Source: a virus (Duplodnaviria > Heunggongvirae > Uroviricota > Caudoviricetes). From it: a stretch of DNA of 49,316 nt. Position numbers and translations under genes: made by a program. Shown here one piece after another: positions 1 to 7,740 of the stretch. The stretch is taken from positions 1 through 49,316 of the IMG/VR virus record IMGVR_UViG_3300038968_000013; one strand, 5' to 3'. The notes beneath the pieces are model-generated. The model did no database searches. It was not told the DNA's origin and was given only the letters and a program-made list of their open reading frames with translations. The stretch's first letter is position 1; each line of letters begins with the position of its first letter.

Positions 1-65
1 TCGTACGCTTTGATCGCTTGATCCAACGTCGAGTCCTGCATCCACCGCACCAGCAGCCTTCCCAT
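1..65 (-). CDS. hypothetical protein, runs off the left edge (MGRLLVRWMQDSTLDQAIKAY...)
   Basis: ATG at 65 with GGAGG at 70-74 (minus strand); frame open to the window edge. Confidence 0.4.
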   Translation of the reverse strand, partial: MGRLLVRWMQDSTLDQAIKAY

Positions 66-239
66 CTTCCCTCCAAGGAAACGATATTTGGTTGATGCTG
101 TCGGCGCGGATCTTGCACCGAACCTCAGTCGGAACCCGGTAGTCTTCGTGCTTATACCGGCGACTTACCTTGTGACCACACTGTAGTACGATGGTCGCGT
201 AGTAGTAGGTCCGCGCCCACTCGATCGTCGCGATGACCT

Positions 240-338
240 TCATCGCTGTACGAACAGAAGCCAGAAGACGAACAACACGACCAGGAACCCGAGAAAATTC
301 TCGATCAACTCCTTAGTGCGAGGTCCGATGTCTTTCAT
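240..338 (-). CDS. 32-aa single-TM microprotein (MKDIGPRTKELIENFLGFLVVLFVFWLLFVQR)
   Basis: Manual translation, below ORF-track cutoff; ATGA overlaps with both neighbours; hydrophobic helix. Confidence 0.65.
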   Translation of the reverse strand: MKDIGPRTKELIENFLGFLVVLFVFWLLFVQR

Positions 339-430
339 GACCGGAAGATGAACCAGTAGAAAGCAATCGCCATCACGGCAACCATTGCCGCTTGAAGCGC
401 CTCGGAAAGATTTGGCCCGATCTCGATCAT
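335..430 (-). CDS. 31-aa single-TM microprotein (MIEIGPNLSEALQAAMVAVMAIAFYWFIFRS)
   Basis: Manual translation; SD AGGGGG upstream; ATGA overlaps; similar N-terminus to 240..338. Confidence 0.65.
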   Translation of the reverse strand: MIEIGPNLSEALQAAMVAVMAIAFYWFIFRS

Positions 431-546
431 TGTTCCCCCTCTTTATGCTTTCCTGATGGTTCTGTCAAGTCCCCCGTCAAGAAAAAGAGCAGCCACCCGA
501 GCCCGATGAACAGGAACGGGCCCCATTCCCACGGATTGAACGTCAT
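427..546 (-). CDS. 39-aa single-TM microprotein (MTFNPWEWGPFLFIGLGWLLFFLTGDLTEPSGKHKEGEQ)
   Basis: Manual translation; ATGA coupling on both sides. Confidence 0.55.
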   Translation of the reverse strand: MTFNPWEWGPFLFIGLGWLLFFLTGDLTEPSGKHKEGEQ

Positions 547-707
547 CGGTCCCACTCCATCTTGCCGCGCTCCTGCTGAGCCATCGTCGGAAGCCTACGC
601 GGATACGTTGGGAACCGCGTAACCTGACACTCGCACCATTCTGCCCGTCGACCGCAATCGCGGCAGTTAGGCTTGGGCTGCTTTCTCTTTCGAACCGTCT
701 TGCTCAT
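543..707 (-). CDS. 54-aa basic Cys-rich protein (CRDC...CEC)
   Basis: Manual translation MSKTVRKRKQPKPNCRDCGRRAEWCEC...; purine-rich SD; ATGA coupling to the next gene. Confidence 0.5.
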   Translation of the reverse strand: MSKTVRKRKQPKPNCRDCGRRAEWCECQVTRFPTYPRRLPTMAQQERGKMEWDR

Positions 708-843
708 GCCCCTTCCCCACCACTGGTTGACAGAGAAACGTCTGATCGCACCCCGAGCACACTGCCCAGAACTGCTTCGTTTCCTGTATGTAATAGACCG
801 TGTTCTTGCCGCACTTGCAGCGAAGAATGTAGCTGCGCTTCAT
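667..843 (-). CDS. small Zn-ribbon-like protein (CKC...CSGC)
   Basis: ATG 843 overlaps the stop of 840..1187; Cys pairs. Confidence 0.5.
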   Translation of the reverse strand: MKRSYILRCKCGKNTVYYIQETKQFWAVCSGCDQTFLCQPVVGKGHEQDGSKEKAAQA

Positions 844-1187
844 GCTGCCTCTGGTTGCTCCGGAGGATTGCTGTGTGCGTGACCCTGCCAGTAGCACACG
901 ATGCATTCGAGGTGCGACGTATGCCACACGCCAGGACCATTCTCCGCATACGGGCTTTCGAATTTCTCACAGGGCTGCAGATGGATATGCCCCATGCCGC
1001 TCAAACGACGGGCCGCAGCAACCGCAGCCTTCTCGGACTCGTAATGCCCGATGTTGCGATCGTCGGTATCCACGAACATGCGCCACTCGCCCGTGATGTT
1101 GTCTCGCGCCACCGCGAACGGCGAACCTACGCGAGGGTGCGTCTCGACCTCGTTTGCCCGAGACGTTTTCGACCATCGAACGAACAT
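840..1187 (-). CDS. hypothetical protein
   Basis: ORF coupled to neighbours in the minus-strand chain. Confidence 0.6.
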   Translation of the reverse strand: MFVRWSKTSRANEVETHPRVGSPFAVARDNITGEWRMFVDTDDRNIGHYESEKAAVAAARRLSGMGHIHLQPCEKFESPYAENGPGVWHTSHLECIVCYWQGHAHSNPPEQPEAA

Positions 1188-1486
1188 CAGCGATCCTCCT
1201 CGATCTTGTGTCCACCGTCCGAGATACCGAGACGCATGGCGGTCATAGCCCCAAGGATTTCATCAGTCAAGCGGTACCACTCATGAAATTCTGCGCGGGC
1301 CCGACCGTATGCCTCAGCCGCATTCGGCAGCGGATAGAAGTCGCGCATGTGAGGAACGATCTTACTGAACGACTCCCGCAGCTCGTACGCCTTCTTCCAC
1401 ACTTCCGCGTACTGCTCTTCGAGGTTCTTCTTGCCGCTACCATTCAGATGAAGGAACGGAAGCTGCACTTTCTTGTCAACGTCCAT
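1187..1486 (-). CDS. hypothetical protein (P-x-HLNGS...RDFYP)
   Basis: Strong SD AAGGAGGT; first gene after the leftward promoter. Confidence 0.75.
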   Translation of the reverse strand: MDVDKKVQLPFLHLNGSGKKNLEEQYAEVWKKAYELRESFSKIVPHMRDFYPLPNAAEAYGRARAEFHEWYRLTDEILGAMTAMRLGISDGGHKIEEDR

Positions 1487-1515
1487 TTGCGTCGCACCTC
1501 CTTCGTGATGGTCGG

Positions 1516-1544
1516 AGACTATACTCGCGGAACTAGTCTGTCAA
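1516..1544 (-). promoter_or_regulatory. sigma70 promoter TTGACA-17-TAGTCT (leftward)
   Basis: Perfect -35, 17-bp spacer, TAnnnT -10, followed by SD and ATG 1486. Confidence 0.75.
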
Positions 1545-1588
1545 CTACTTTCTTGATGGTTCGCAAAAATAAATCTTCCGCCAGTGGC

Positions 1589-1617
1589 TTGACACGGTAG
1601 CGGCGATCTGGTACCCT
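1589..1617 (+). promoter_or_regulatory. sigma70 promoter TTGACA-17-TACCCT (rightward), leaderless start at ATG 1625
   Basis: Perfect -35; ATG 7 nt after the -10; AT-rich tract 1565-1577 between the divergent -35 boxes. Confidence 0.75.
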
Positions 1618-1624
1618 ACCCGTA

Positions 1625-2221
1625 ATGGGTCGAAAGTATAGGGAATCCACGATCTTCAAGGCGTTGACACGGTTCGGGCCTCGTCAACCGGTGCAGCTCG
1701 AAGACAAGTGCCGCTCCTGTGAGGCTGTCCACCGGGAGCATGGAATCAGGCACATCACGCATCGGTACAGTGCCGATACGATTGCGGACTTGCTGGAAGT
1801 CCATGGTTTGAGCGTTACGGAGACTGCGCGACGCGGTGGTATTGAACGGCAGCACCTTCAGGCGTGCCTCAATTGGGAAGAGCTGTTTACGAAAGAGGAT
1901 GCCTTTAGCATCGAGTACGCAACCGCTCGTCATGTGCGCGCCAGTAAGTTTCCATCGGCACGACTGCAGCGAGAGCAGTGGTGGAGCTTGGTGCGGGCAG
2001 AGTACGAGAAGCAGCCGCCTACGCCTTGGCCACGGCACCCGATCAAGGCAACGTACAAGTGGAGCCAACGGCGCCGTTTAGCTAATCGCAGGAAGATCCG
2101 CAAACAAAAAGGGCGGGATCGGTTTTTCAACCGTCCCGCCCATGAAGCGCCTACGTTTGCTGAGGAGTCAGTTACCGTCGCGGACGACGGCCGAACCCCG
2201 CGAGCAGCTGATCGGGAGTGA
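1625..2221 (+). CDS. HigA/Xre-like HTH transcriptional regulator with N-terminal CxxC and basic C-terminal region
   Basis: LLEVHGLSVTETARRGGIERQHLQACLN resembles an Xre/HigA HTH; divergent promoter context. Confidence 0.6.
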   Translation: MGRKYRESTIFKALTRFGPRQPVQLEDKCRSCEAVHREHGIRHITHRYSADTIADLLEVHGLSVTETARRGGIERQHLQACLNWEELFTKEDAFSIEYATARHVRASKFPSARLQREQWWSLVRAEYEKQPPTPWPRHPIKATYKWSQRRRLANRRKIRKQKGRDRFFNRPAHEAPTFAEESVTVADDGRTPRAADRE

Positions 2222-2591
2222 CCTCGACCAGCTTGCTGGGACCGAGGAGCGCGCTCAGAACGGCCTCGATGCCCGACAGCTCGTGGTCCTGCTGCTTCTA
2301 CTGCTCACGCTGACGCTGCGCCTTGAGAGCACGCAGCGAACGCTCTGCCGAGACACGGCCAGGGCTGCCGAACGGAAGCGAGCGAACGGCCGCTTCGAGA
2401 TCCGCGAAGTAGTCTTGCGAGGTCGGCTCGACGATCGAGAGGGCGATGTCGACCTCTTCACGCGCCTTCTTCAGTCCACCCTTGGACTGAGCCGCGTACT
2501 TCGCCTCGGCACGCTGCAGGATCGTCTTCGCAGTCGCGAGGGCAGTCACGAGATTCTTCCGGACGTCTCCGCTGATCACCAACAGTTCCAT
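2172..2591 (-). CDS. hypothetical coiled-coil protein interrupted by an in-frame TAG at 2298-2300 (139 aa if read through)
   Basis: SD GAAAGGGG; frame continues ...QRQREQ*KQQDHELSGIEAVLSALLG... to TAA 2172. Confidence 0.55.
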
Positions 2592-3570
2592 GTGTTCCCC
2601 TTTCGTTTGAAGCTGCGCGGGAATTGGGTTTACCGGCTCCGATAGGCAACGCGACGAGCGCGGGAATCCCCCGCTTGGCGACTTCGACGAAGTGCTTGTC
2701 TAGCTCGATGCCTATGCTCTGGTAGCCGACCGCTTCAGCGGCCGCGAGCGTCGATCCCGAACCCGCAAAGGGGTCCAAAAGCACACCGTCACCGAGCGGG
2801 AGAACCGCCCGCACAATCTGACGAAGGAAGTCTTGCGGTTTTAGACTCGGGTGCGGCGCAAGCGCCCGTTCACTTTTCCGCGTCGGATGCGATTGGATGA
2901 CATCACCGAAAGGCTTAGCGCCGGAGATGCGGCGCAGCCCCCCGGTCTTCCACTTCCGAAGATTGTCCTGCACTCGACCGTCAAGGGCCTTGCGAAAAAG
3001 TAGCCACGGCTCCCACATGGAGCGCGGCATCACCGTGACGTCTGGAAACTCCTCGTGCGCGTTCTTAGGTCGGTCGCCTCCGCGCATCGTCATCACCAGT
3101 CGCACCAGCTCACCACGCCGCTCGAGTCCGGCCGCCGTCAACGCGGTGGCAACGACGTGCGAGAGCAGCGGGTTACTTGCGACCATGACATAGGCTCCCG
3201 GAACGAGAGCAGGGAAGAGAGCCCGCGCCCAACGCTCGAAGAAGCTCGAGAGCGCATCGACATCGCGCTTTGTCAGGGTCGTGAAGCGTGGCAGCGGTGC
3301 CCGTGTGTGGCCGTCGAAGGACGGCGGAATCCGCCAGACCCCACCGTGCCCTTTTCTGAGTTTCGCCTGTTCTTTCGCGCTGTATTCAACGAGCCCATAG
3401 GGCGGATCGGTTACAACCGCGTGGATGCTGTTGGCCTCGCGTGTGGCCAGCCATTCCAGACAGTCCGCGTGGTACAGCTCGGCGCGGCCGCTCTGAAAGA
3501 CTGGCGGGGCAAGACCCTCCACCGCCTCCGGCTTTGCGGTCGCACGACTCATTTGTGTTGCGCCAATCAA
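2458..3570 (-). CDS. DNA amino-methyltransferase (N4-C/N6-A, beta class), orphan
   Basis: DPPY precedes HPSLKP and DPFAGSGS (FxGxG); start may be ATG 3552. Confidence 0.9.
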   Translation of the reverse strand: MIGATQMSRATAKPEAVEGLAPPVFQSGRAELYHADCLEWLATREANSIHAVVTDPPYGLVEYSAKEQAKLRKGHGGVWRIPPSFDGHTRAPLPRFTTLTKRDVDALSSFFERWARALFPALVPGAYVMVASNPLLSHVVATALTAAGLERRGELVRLVMTMRGGDRPKNAHEEFPDVTVMPRSMWEPWLLFRKALDGRVQDNLRKWKTGGLRRISGAKPFGDVIQSHPTRKSERALAPHPSLKPQDFLRQIVRAVLPLGDGVLLDPFAGSGSTLAAAEAVGYQSIGIELDKHFVEVAKRGIPALVALPIGAGKPNSRAASNERGTHGTVGDQRRRPEESRDCPRDCEDDPAACRGEVRGSVQGWTEEGA

Positions 3571-3579
3571 GATAGCGTC

Positions 3580-3608
3580 AGCTTAGCATCAGCCCCGCTA
3601 GTTGTCAA
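3580..3608 (-). promoter_or_regulatory. sigma70 promoter TTGACA-17-TAAGCT for the methyltransferase
   Basis: Perfect -35, 17-bp spacer, intergenic position. Confidence 0.7.
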
Positions 3609-3611
3609 CCC

Positions 3612-3809
3612 CTATCGTTTCAGGTTGTACCCAGCGAGCAAATCCGGGCCCATCTGGCTCTTCGAAAAGTCCGCAGGCGCACCGGTAGCATCGTGCCCCT
3701 TGCCGCTGCGAACCTGACGGCGCAGATAGTCCTGGATCGACTTCTCGACCGGACGGCGCCCCTTCTCTTTGAAGCGACGCTTCGCTCCACCCTTCGTCAC
3801 CACACCCAT
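3612..3809 (-). CDS. small basic hypothetical protein
   Basis: SD AGGGAAG; fills the gap in the minus-strand chain. Confidence 0.5.
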   Translation of the reverse strand: MGVVTKGGAKRRFKEKGRRPVEKSIQDYLRRQVRSGKGHDATGAPADFSKSQMGPDLLAGYNLKR

Positions 3810-3822
3810 CTTCCCTCTCCTG

Positions 3823-4152
3823 TTACCTTGAGATCACCAATCCGCCGCTACGGTACTTCGGCATGTGGCGACCACCCTCTTTCCCGGAACGCAACATTCC
3901 GCCGTACTTCCCAGGACGCGTGAGCACCAGCACTGGTCCACCATCCGGAGGACGAAACTGGCAGTTGTCGATCTTTTGGTACCCCTGCTGCACGAGACTG
4001 CGCTGCATGCAGGCATGGGCTTGTTCGGGCGAGCTATGGGTACGAACACCCTTGCTCGCCATCGTGGCCATCGCCTTAGAGCCGATGAACGAACCGCCCG
4101 TACAGAGCTGCGGTTCAACGCCACAGAGATACTTCGCTGGCTTTCCCCTCAT
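3823..4152 (-). CDS. hypothetical protein
   Basis: SD GAGGA directly upstream; chain context. Confidence 0.55.
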   Translation of the reverse strand: MRGKPAKYLCGVEPQLCTGGSFIGSKAMATMASKGVRTHSSPEQAHACMQRSLVQQGYQKIDNCQFRPPDGGPVLVLTRPGKYGGMLRSGKEGGRHMPKYRSGGLVISR

Positions 4153-4221
4153 TCCTCACACCACCTTAGTTGGATACCGGGGCGAGAGTCGCACCCTCGC
4201 CCCGTGCTCAGCCGTTGGACG

Positions 4222-4653
4222 TTACGCCGCCGCCTTGGCGGTCGCAGTCGCGGGCTTGCTGAAGTAGGCCCAGCCTTCCTTCGTCTTGTGGCGCCGGATG
4301 GCACCACGCTTGTGGAGGCTGGCGACGGTCGCCGTGATGGTACGCGGCAGATCCGCCGAATTGCTGTACGGCTTGAGCGCGACCACCTTCTCGATCACGC
4401 CGCCGATGCGAAGACCGTTGTCGTTCGCGAGCGTCTGGAGGATGGCGTCGGTCACGCCGAGAGCCCCCGCAGGCTTGGTCCCGTTGACCTTCGCCTTGAT
4501 CTTGGTGCCGTTGGAATTGACGTTGAACGAGTCGAGCATCTTCAGCACCTGCTCGGCCTTGCTGATGCCTTCCTCGCGGACGGCGATTTCCTTCCGGGCG
4601 GTGGCGATGCGCTGAGTCAGCTCACGACGAAACGCTTTGACGTTGATGTTCAT
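4222..4653 (-). CDS. N-terminal coiled-coil + C-terminal winged-helix DNA-binding protein
   Basis: Heptad-like N-terminus, Lys-rich linker, TDAILQTL...SLHKRGAIRRH...WAYF wHTH pattern; own promoter and SD. Confidence 0.7.
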   Translation of the reverse strand: MNINVKAFRRELTQRIATARKEIAVREEGISKAEQVLKMLDSFNVNSNGTKIKAKVNGTKPAGALGVTDAILQTLANDNGLRIGGVIEKVVALKPYSNSADLPRTITATVASLHKRGAIRRHKTKEGWAYFSKPATATAKAAA

Positions 4654-4704
4654 GTTGCTCTCTCCCTTCAGTGTGCTAGCCGTACTGGCTAGGTAGTGTG
4701 CGGA

Positions 4705-4733
4705 CGTATAGCCAACAGTTGAAAAGCTGTCAA
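4705..4733 (-). promoter_or_regulatory. sigma70 promoter TTGACA-17-TATACG
   Basis: Perfect -35, 17-bp spacer upstream of 4222..4653. Confidence 0.6.
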
Positions 4734-5005
4734 GCCTTCTTCTTCGCCTTTGCCTTCGCAGCCCGATCTTTTCGCATCTGCTCTACCTCGGCAGGGCTAG
4801 GCTCCGACAGCTCGTCCTTGGTGTACTGCCCGAGTACTGGCTGCGCCTCGATCATGTAGTTGCGTTCGAACGCATGAATCTTGGCGCCCAGCTCTGCGAT
4901 GTTCTCACCACCGACGAACATGAGCGCGCGCAGAGAGAAGTAGCCACAGGTCACGCTCAAGCAGATGCCAGCAACCAGCCCAACGTAGAAGCCTCGACGA
5001 AACAT
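4730..5005 (-). CDS. membrane-anchored hypothetical protein
   Basis: MFRRGFYVGLVAGICLSV... N-terminal TM; SD GAGG. Confidence 0.6.
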   Translation of the reverse strand: MFRRGFYVGLVAGICLSVTCGYFSLRALMFVGGENIAELGAKIHAFERNYMIEAQPVLGQYTKDELSEPSPAEVEQMRKDRAAKAKAKKKA

Positions 5006-5012
5006 CACTGCC

Positions 5013-5174
5013 TCACTCTCTGACCGGGGGATCAGGTTCGTCTGACGGTACCAACGGCGACATGTCCAGGCAGCTGTCACAGTAGTAGTGGATCACGCCC
5101 GTGCATTCCGAATGCATGCACGCGGGCGGTCCACTTTCCCCGCACGAGATACAGAGGTACGTGCCGTGCGCCAC
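5013..5174 (-). CDS. 53-aa Zn-finger-like protein (CISC...C...C...CDSC)
   Basis: Manual translation from GTG 5174; SD GGAG. Confidence 0.5.
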   Translation of the reverse strand: MAHGTYLCISCGESGPPACMHSECTGVIHYYCDSCLDMSPLVPSDEPDPPVRE

Positions 5175-5320
5175 TATTCAACCTGCTCCTGGATCATCTT
5201 GCGCTCTTTGTTCTGGACCCGCTTGAACCGGTCGCTCTTGATCGGGCCCGCTTTTCTGAGCAAGGTCTGGGCAATCCCTGGATGCCTCACTACAGGCTTC
5301 TTCGGCCGTTTCCGCTTCAC
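5174..5320 (-). CDS. 48-aa very basic protein (RHPGIAQTLLRKAGPIKSDRFKR)
   Basis: GTG 5320 just after the upstream stop; 3' part of the ORF-track 5174..5578 frame. Confidence 0.45.
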   Translation of the reverse strand: MKRKRPKKPVVRHPGIAQTLLRKAGPIKSDRFKRVQNKERKMIQEQVE

Positions 5321-5322
5321 AC

Positions 5323-5541
5323 TTAAATCCGCGTCTCGCACATGCTCTGAAAGCCGACGACCAGCCCCATCTTCTCGCGGTGGGCTTCCCCTTCGAGACG
5401 TTCGGCGCGCTTGCTCGCTTCCCGCTGCAGCTTGGTGCAGGTACGACAGCGCGTGCCACGTCCATCGGGGCGTTCCTTGCTCGCATGGAACTGGTAGAGC
5501 GGGAGCTTGCGACGACATCCCGTACAGGTCTTCTTCTTCAT
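5323..5541 (-). CDS. stand-alone Zn-ribbon of the kind found N-terminal to HNH/EndoVII nucleases; no nuclease domain
   Basis: KTCTGC...F...DGRGTRCRTC; leaderless from promoter 5550-5578. Confidence 0.6.
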   Translation of the reverse strand: MKKKTCTGCRRKLPLYQFHASKERPDGRGTRCRTCTKLQREASKRAERLEGEAHREKMGLVVGFQSMCETRI

Positions 5542-5549
5542 GACCGGGC

Positions 5550-5578
5550 ACTCTAGTCGTCAGGGAATCGAAAGTCAA
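5550..5578 (-). promoter_or_regulatory. sigma70 promoter TTGACT-17-TAGAGT (leftward)
   Basis: 17-bp spacer; ATG 5541 lies 8 nt after the -10. Confidence 0.65.
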
Positions 5579-5591
5579 CCCTCAGTCGGCA

Positions 5592-5620
5592 TTGACATCG
5601 TTTCGCATTCCTGATAGGAT
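5592..5620 (+). promoter_or_regulatory. sigma70 promoter TTGACA-17-TAGGAT (rightward, start of the long plus-strand region)
   Basis: Perfect -35; followed by SD GGAGG and TTG 5651. Confidence 0.75.
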
Positions 5621-5650
5621 AGATCCACTTGATTTCGCAGGAGGAATGAC

Positions 5651-6022
5651 TTGCACCGGATACCAGACGATGACGCGTACTGCTTCGAGGATCAGTTCCT
5701 CGGACGACATCAGGGAACCCTAACGAACTGGCAACGCCTCGCGATTGCCGTGTTCGTCGAAGCAGCGAACTGTCTCCGTAAGGACGAGTGGACGAAGGAT
5801 CATCTCAAGGCAAAGCAGTGGATCTGCAACCGGAACCGTGGCTTCGAGTATTGGGCCGGGGTGCTTGGTGCCGATCCTGACGTGCTTCGTGAGACCCTGA
5901 TGAAGGGGCTCATCGACCCGGCAGCAATGAAGGCACTGAAGGCGAAGAGTCATTACTTCCGCCGCGTGCAGTCGCAGTCAGGACGCCAGTACAAGCAGGG
6001 CAAGGAAGATGCAGCAGCGTGA
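5651..6022 (+). CDS. hypothetical protein of the RLxxAVxxxA...W...F...xG.DP..R family
   Basis: SD GGAGG; similar to the N-terminal half of 11047..11829. Confidence 0.7.
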   Translation: MHRIPDDDAYCFEDQFLGRHQGTLTNWQRLAIAVFVEAANCLRKDEWTKDHLKAKQWICNRNRGFEYWAGVLGADPDVLRETLMKGLIDPAAMKALKAKSHYFRRVQSQSGRQYKQGKEDAAA

Positions 6023-6794
6023 ACTAACAACCAAGCCGATCGCCTTCTTCGGCGATATCCATGGGCATTGGGATTTCGTCAAGCAGATCCCAGAAGTCCT
6101 CGACGATCACTATTGGGTATTCGTCGGTGACTACATGGATTCGTTTACCGAAAAGGTTCCGCGCCAGATTGCATGTCTGACGCAGATCCGCGACTGGATC
6201 TTCGACCTCAAGGCGATGGCGATTCCTGGCAACCATGACCTCCATTACGTATGGCGGTCGTATCGTTGCAGCGGGTACAAGCCAGACACGCAGGCGCGTA
6301 TGTATCCGTATCAGGACTTCATCCTGGGGTTGCCGCACTGCCTACTGATCGACAACGTGCTCGTGACGCATGCTGGATTGACACGTCCGCTGCACGACAA
6401 GCTGATCCAGAAGTATCCTGGGGAGCCTATCGACCAGATCCTAGAGGTCGAGGGGAACCGCCAGGACTCGATCGTTCACGAGTGCGGCATCTATCGCGGG
6501 GGAAGTGCCGCGTGGGGTGGCATCTACTGGTGCGACTGGACAGCGGAGTTCGATCCGGTGCCTGGGCTACATCAGGTATTCGGACATTCGAATAGCGTGC
6601 TGACTCCAAAACTCTTCGACGAAGAGTATGACGGCAACCTACGATTCGTACGCTTCTGTGATAGCCGTAGCTACAACATCGACTGCCTTGGTCGTAACGG
6701 TGTGTTCGACATACTTACCTACGACAACTACAAGTTCGGTCGCATTCGTCTGAAGTACGACTCCAGTGGCAAGCTGGAGCGGGCATCAGGGTAA
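6009..6794 (+). CDS. calcineurin-like metallophosphoesterase
   Basis: GDIHG, GDYMD, GNHD, HAG, GHS motifs in order. Confidence 0.9.
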   Translation: MQQRELTTKPIAFFGDIHGHWDFVKQIPEVLDDHYWVFVGDYMDSFTEKVPRQIACLTQIRDWIFDLKAMAIPGNHDLHYVWRSYRCSGYKPDTQARMYPYQDFILGLPHCLLIDNVLVTHAGLTRPLHDKLIQKYPGEPIDQILEVEGNRQDSIVHECGIYRGGSAAWGGIYWCDWTAEFDPVPGLHQVFGHSNSVLTPKLFDEEYDGNLRFVRFCDSRSYNIDCLGRNGVFDILTYDNYKFGRIRLKYDSSGKLERASG

Positions 6795-6809
6795 GGATAC
6801 AATAAGGGG

Positions 6810-7028
6810 ATGAGTGAGCCTAGAGTTCGGCCGGTACCCGAGAAGTGCGACTATTGCCATTCGCCGCTTCCCGAGAAGCATGAGTACATCGACAACCGCA
6901 AGTACGACCAGGAGTGGTATTTCTGCGACAAAGACTGTATGATCAGTGAAGCCATCGAGAAGTACCCGATCGGCGGCGGTCGGACGCAGCGTAGAGACAT
7001 CAAGCGGAGAGATCCCGAGAGAATGTAA
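6810..7028 (+). CDS. small treble-clef/TRASH-like Zn-binding protein
   Basis: CDYC...FCDKDC; SD AGGGG. Confidence 0.6.
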   Translation: MSEPRVRPVPEKCDYCHSPLPEKHEYIDNRKYDQEWYFCDKDCMISEAIEKYPIGGGRTQRRDIKRRDPERM

Positions 7029-7034
7029 CCATAC

Positions 7035-7132
7035 GGAAGGGTCAACCGAAATTGCGATATCGGCCTGGTCTTGAAAACCAGTCATCGTGCTAGCACCACG
7101 GTGTGGGAGTTCGAATCTCCCTCCTTCCGCCA
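7035..7132 (+). tRNA. tRNA-Ser(UGA), encoded CCA
   Basis: ctggt-ctTGAaa-accag, long variable arm, TTCGAAT, GCCA end. Confidence 0.9.
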
Positions 7133-7133
7133 A

Positions 7134-7206
7134 CCGCCTGTAGCTCAGTGGATAGAGCGCACGGCTACGAACCGTGAGGTCGGGGGTTCGAATCCCTCCA
7201 GGCGGG
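7134..7206 (+). tRNA. tRNA-Arg(ACG)
   Basis: cacgg-ctACGaa-ccgtg, full cloverleaf. Confidence 0.92.
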
Positions 7207-7215
7207 CTATTTGAT

Positions 7216-7407
7216 ATGGCGACAGCAAAACAAAAAAAGTGTACGCATCCAACCTTCTTCTTCCTGGCTCAACAGAAGGGTATATTCTGCCCACACTGTC
7301 AAACTAGGTGGCTACGAAAGGTAGACTACTTTCAAGGGATGCGGTACTCGAAGCTCGAAAAAGCGGACGACGATCCACCACCCGGAACAACCGTGTGGGA
7401 GAAGTGA
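7216..7407 (+). CDS. small Cys/His-containing protein within the tRNA array
   Basis: ATG 7216; CTH...CPHC; stop 4 nt before the next tRNA. Confidence 0.55.
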   Translation: MATAKQKKCTHPTFFFLAQQKGIFCPHCQTRWLRKVDYFQGMRYSKLEKADDDPPPGTTVWEK

Positions 7408-7411
7408 TACT

Positions 7412-7502
7412 GGAACAGTGGCAGAATGGTAATGCAGCGCCCTGCTAAGGCGTACACCCGGCTAGAACCCGTGGTGTGGAGGTTCAAGTCCTCCCTGTTC
7501 CG
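7412..7502 (+). tRNA. tRNA-Ser(GCU)
   Basis: gcgcc-ctGCTaa-ggcgt, long variable arm. Confidence 0.9.
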
Positions 7503-7509
7503 CTTGCAT

Positions 7510-7582
7510 GGGACCATAGCTCAACGGTTAGAGCTACCGACTCTTAATCGGTAGGTTGTAGGTTCGAATCCTACTGGTCTCA
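7510..7582 (+). tRNA. tRNA-Lys(CUU)
   Basis: accga-ctCTTaa-tcggt. Confidence 0.92.
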
Positions 7583-7584
7583 CT

Positions 7585-7740
7585 ATGAAAGTATGTGCTA
7601 AGTGTAAGGGTCCATATGTTCGTGGTAAAGGTTACTGCCCACCTTGCAAGTCAAGGTACAACGCAGACCGGTACCGCAAGAATCCGGACGTGTATAAGGC
7701 AAGCTCAAAGCTATCCAGAAAAAAGACTGCTGCAAGGTGA
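7585..7740 (+). pseudogene. truncated homing-endonuclease N-terminus (51 aa; CAKC...CPPC)
   Basis: Same Zn-ribbon/basic-helix pattern as the N-termini of the intact HNH/EndoVII ORFs; ends inside the tRNA-Ala fragment. Confidence 0.55.

Noticed and set aside
1-243. ORF MKVIATIEWARTYYY... open to the left edge
   Set aside because: Coupled by ATGA and possibly real, but it overlaps the SD-led ORF at 65 and its end is outside the window; cannot be resolved
4179-4203. 10-bp GC hairpin between 4222 and 4152
   Set aside because: No U-tract on either strand; probably a processing or stability hairpin, too little to call
3865-4692. Long opposite-strand ORFs (3865..4692, 18556..19551, 20030..20995 and similar)
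   Set aside because: Antisense shadows of GC-rich genes that have SDs, coupling and motifs on the other strand
7035-7132. tRNA with UGA anticodon as an opal suppressor
   Set aside because: Anticodon UGA reads the Ser codon UCA; a suppressor would need UCA. No UCA or CUA anticodon exists in the window
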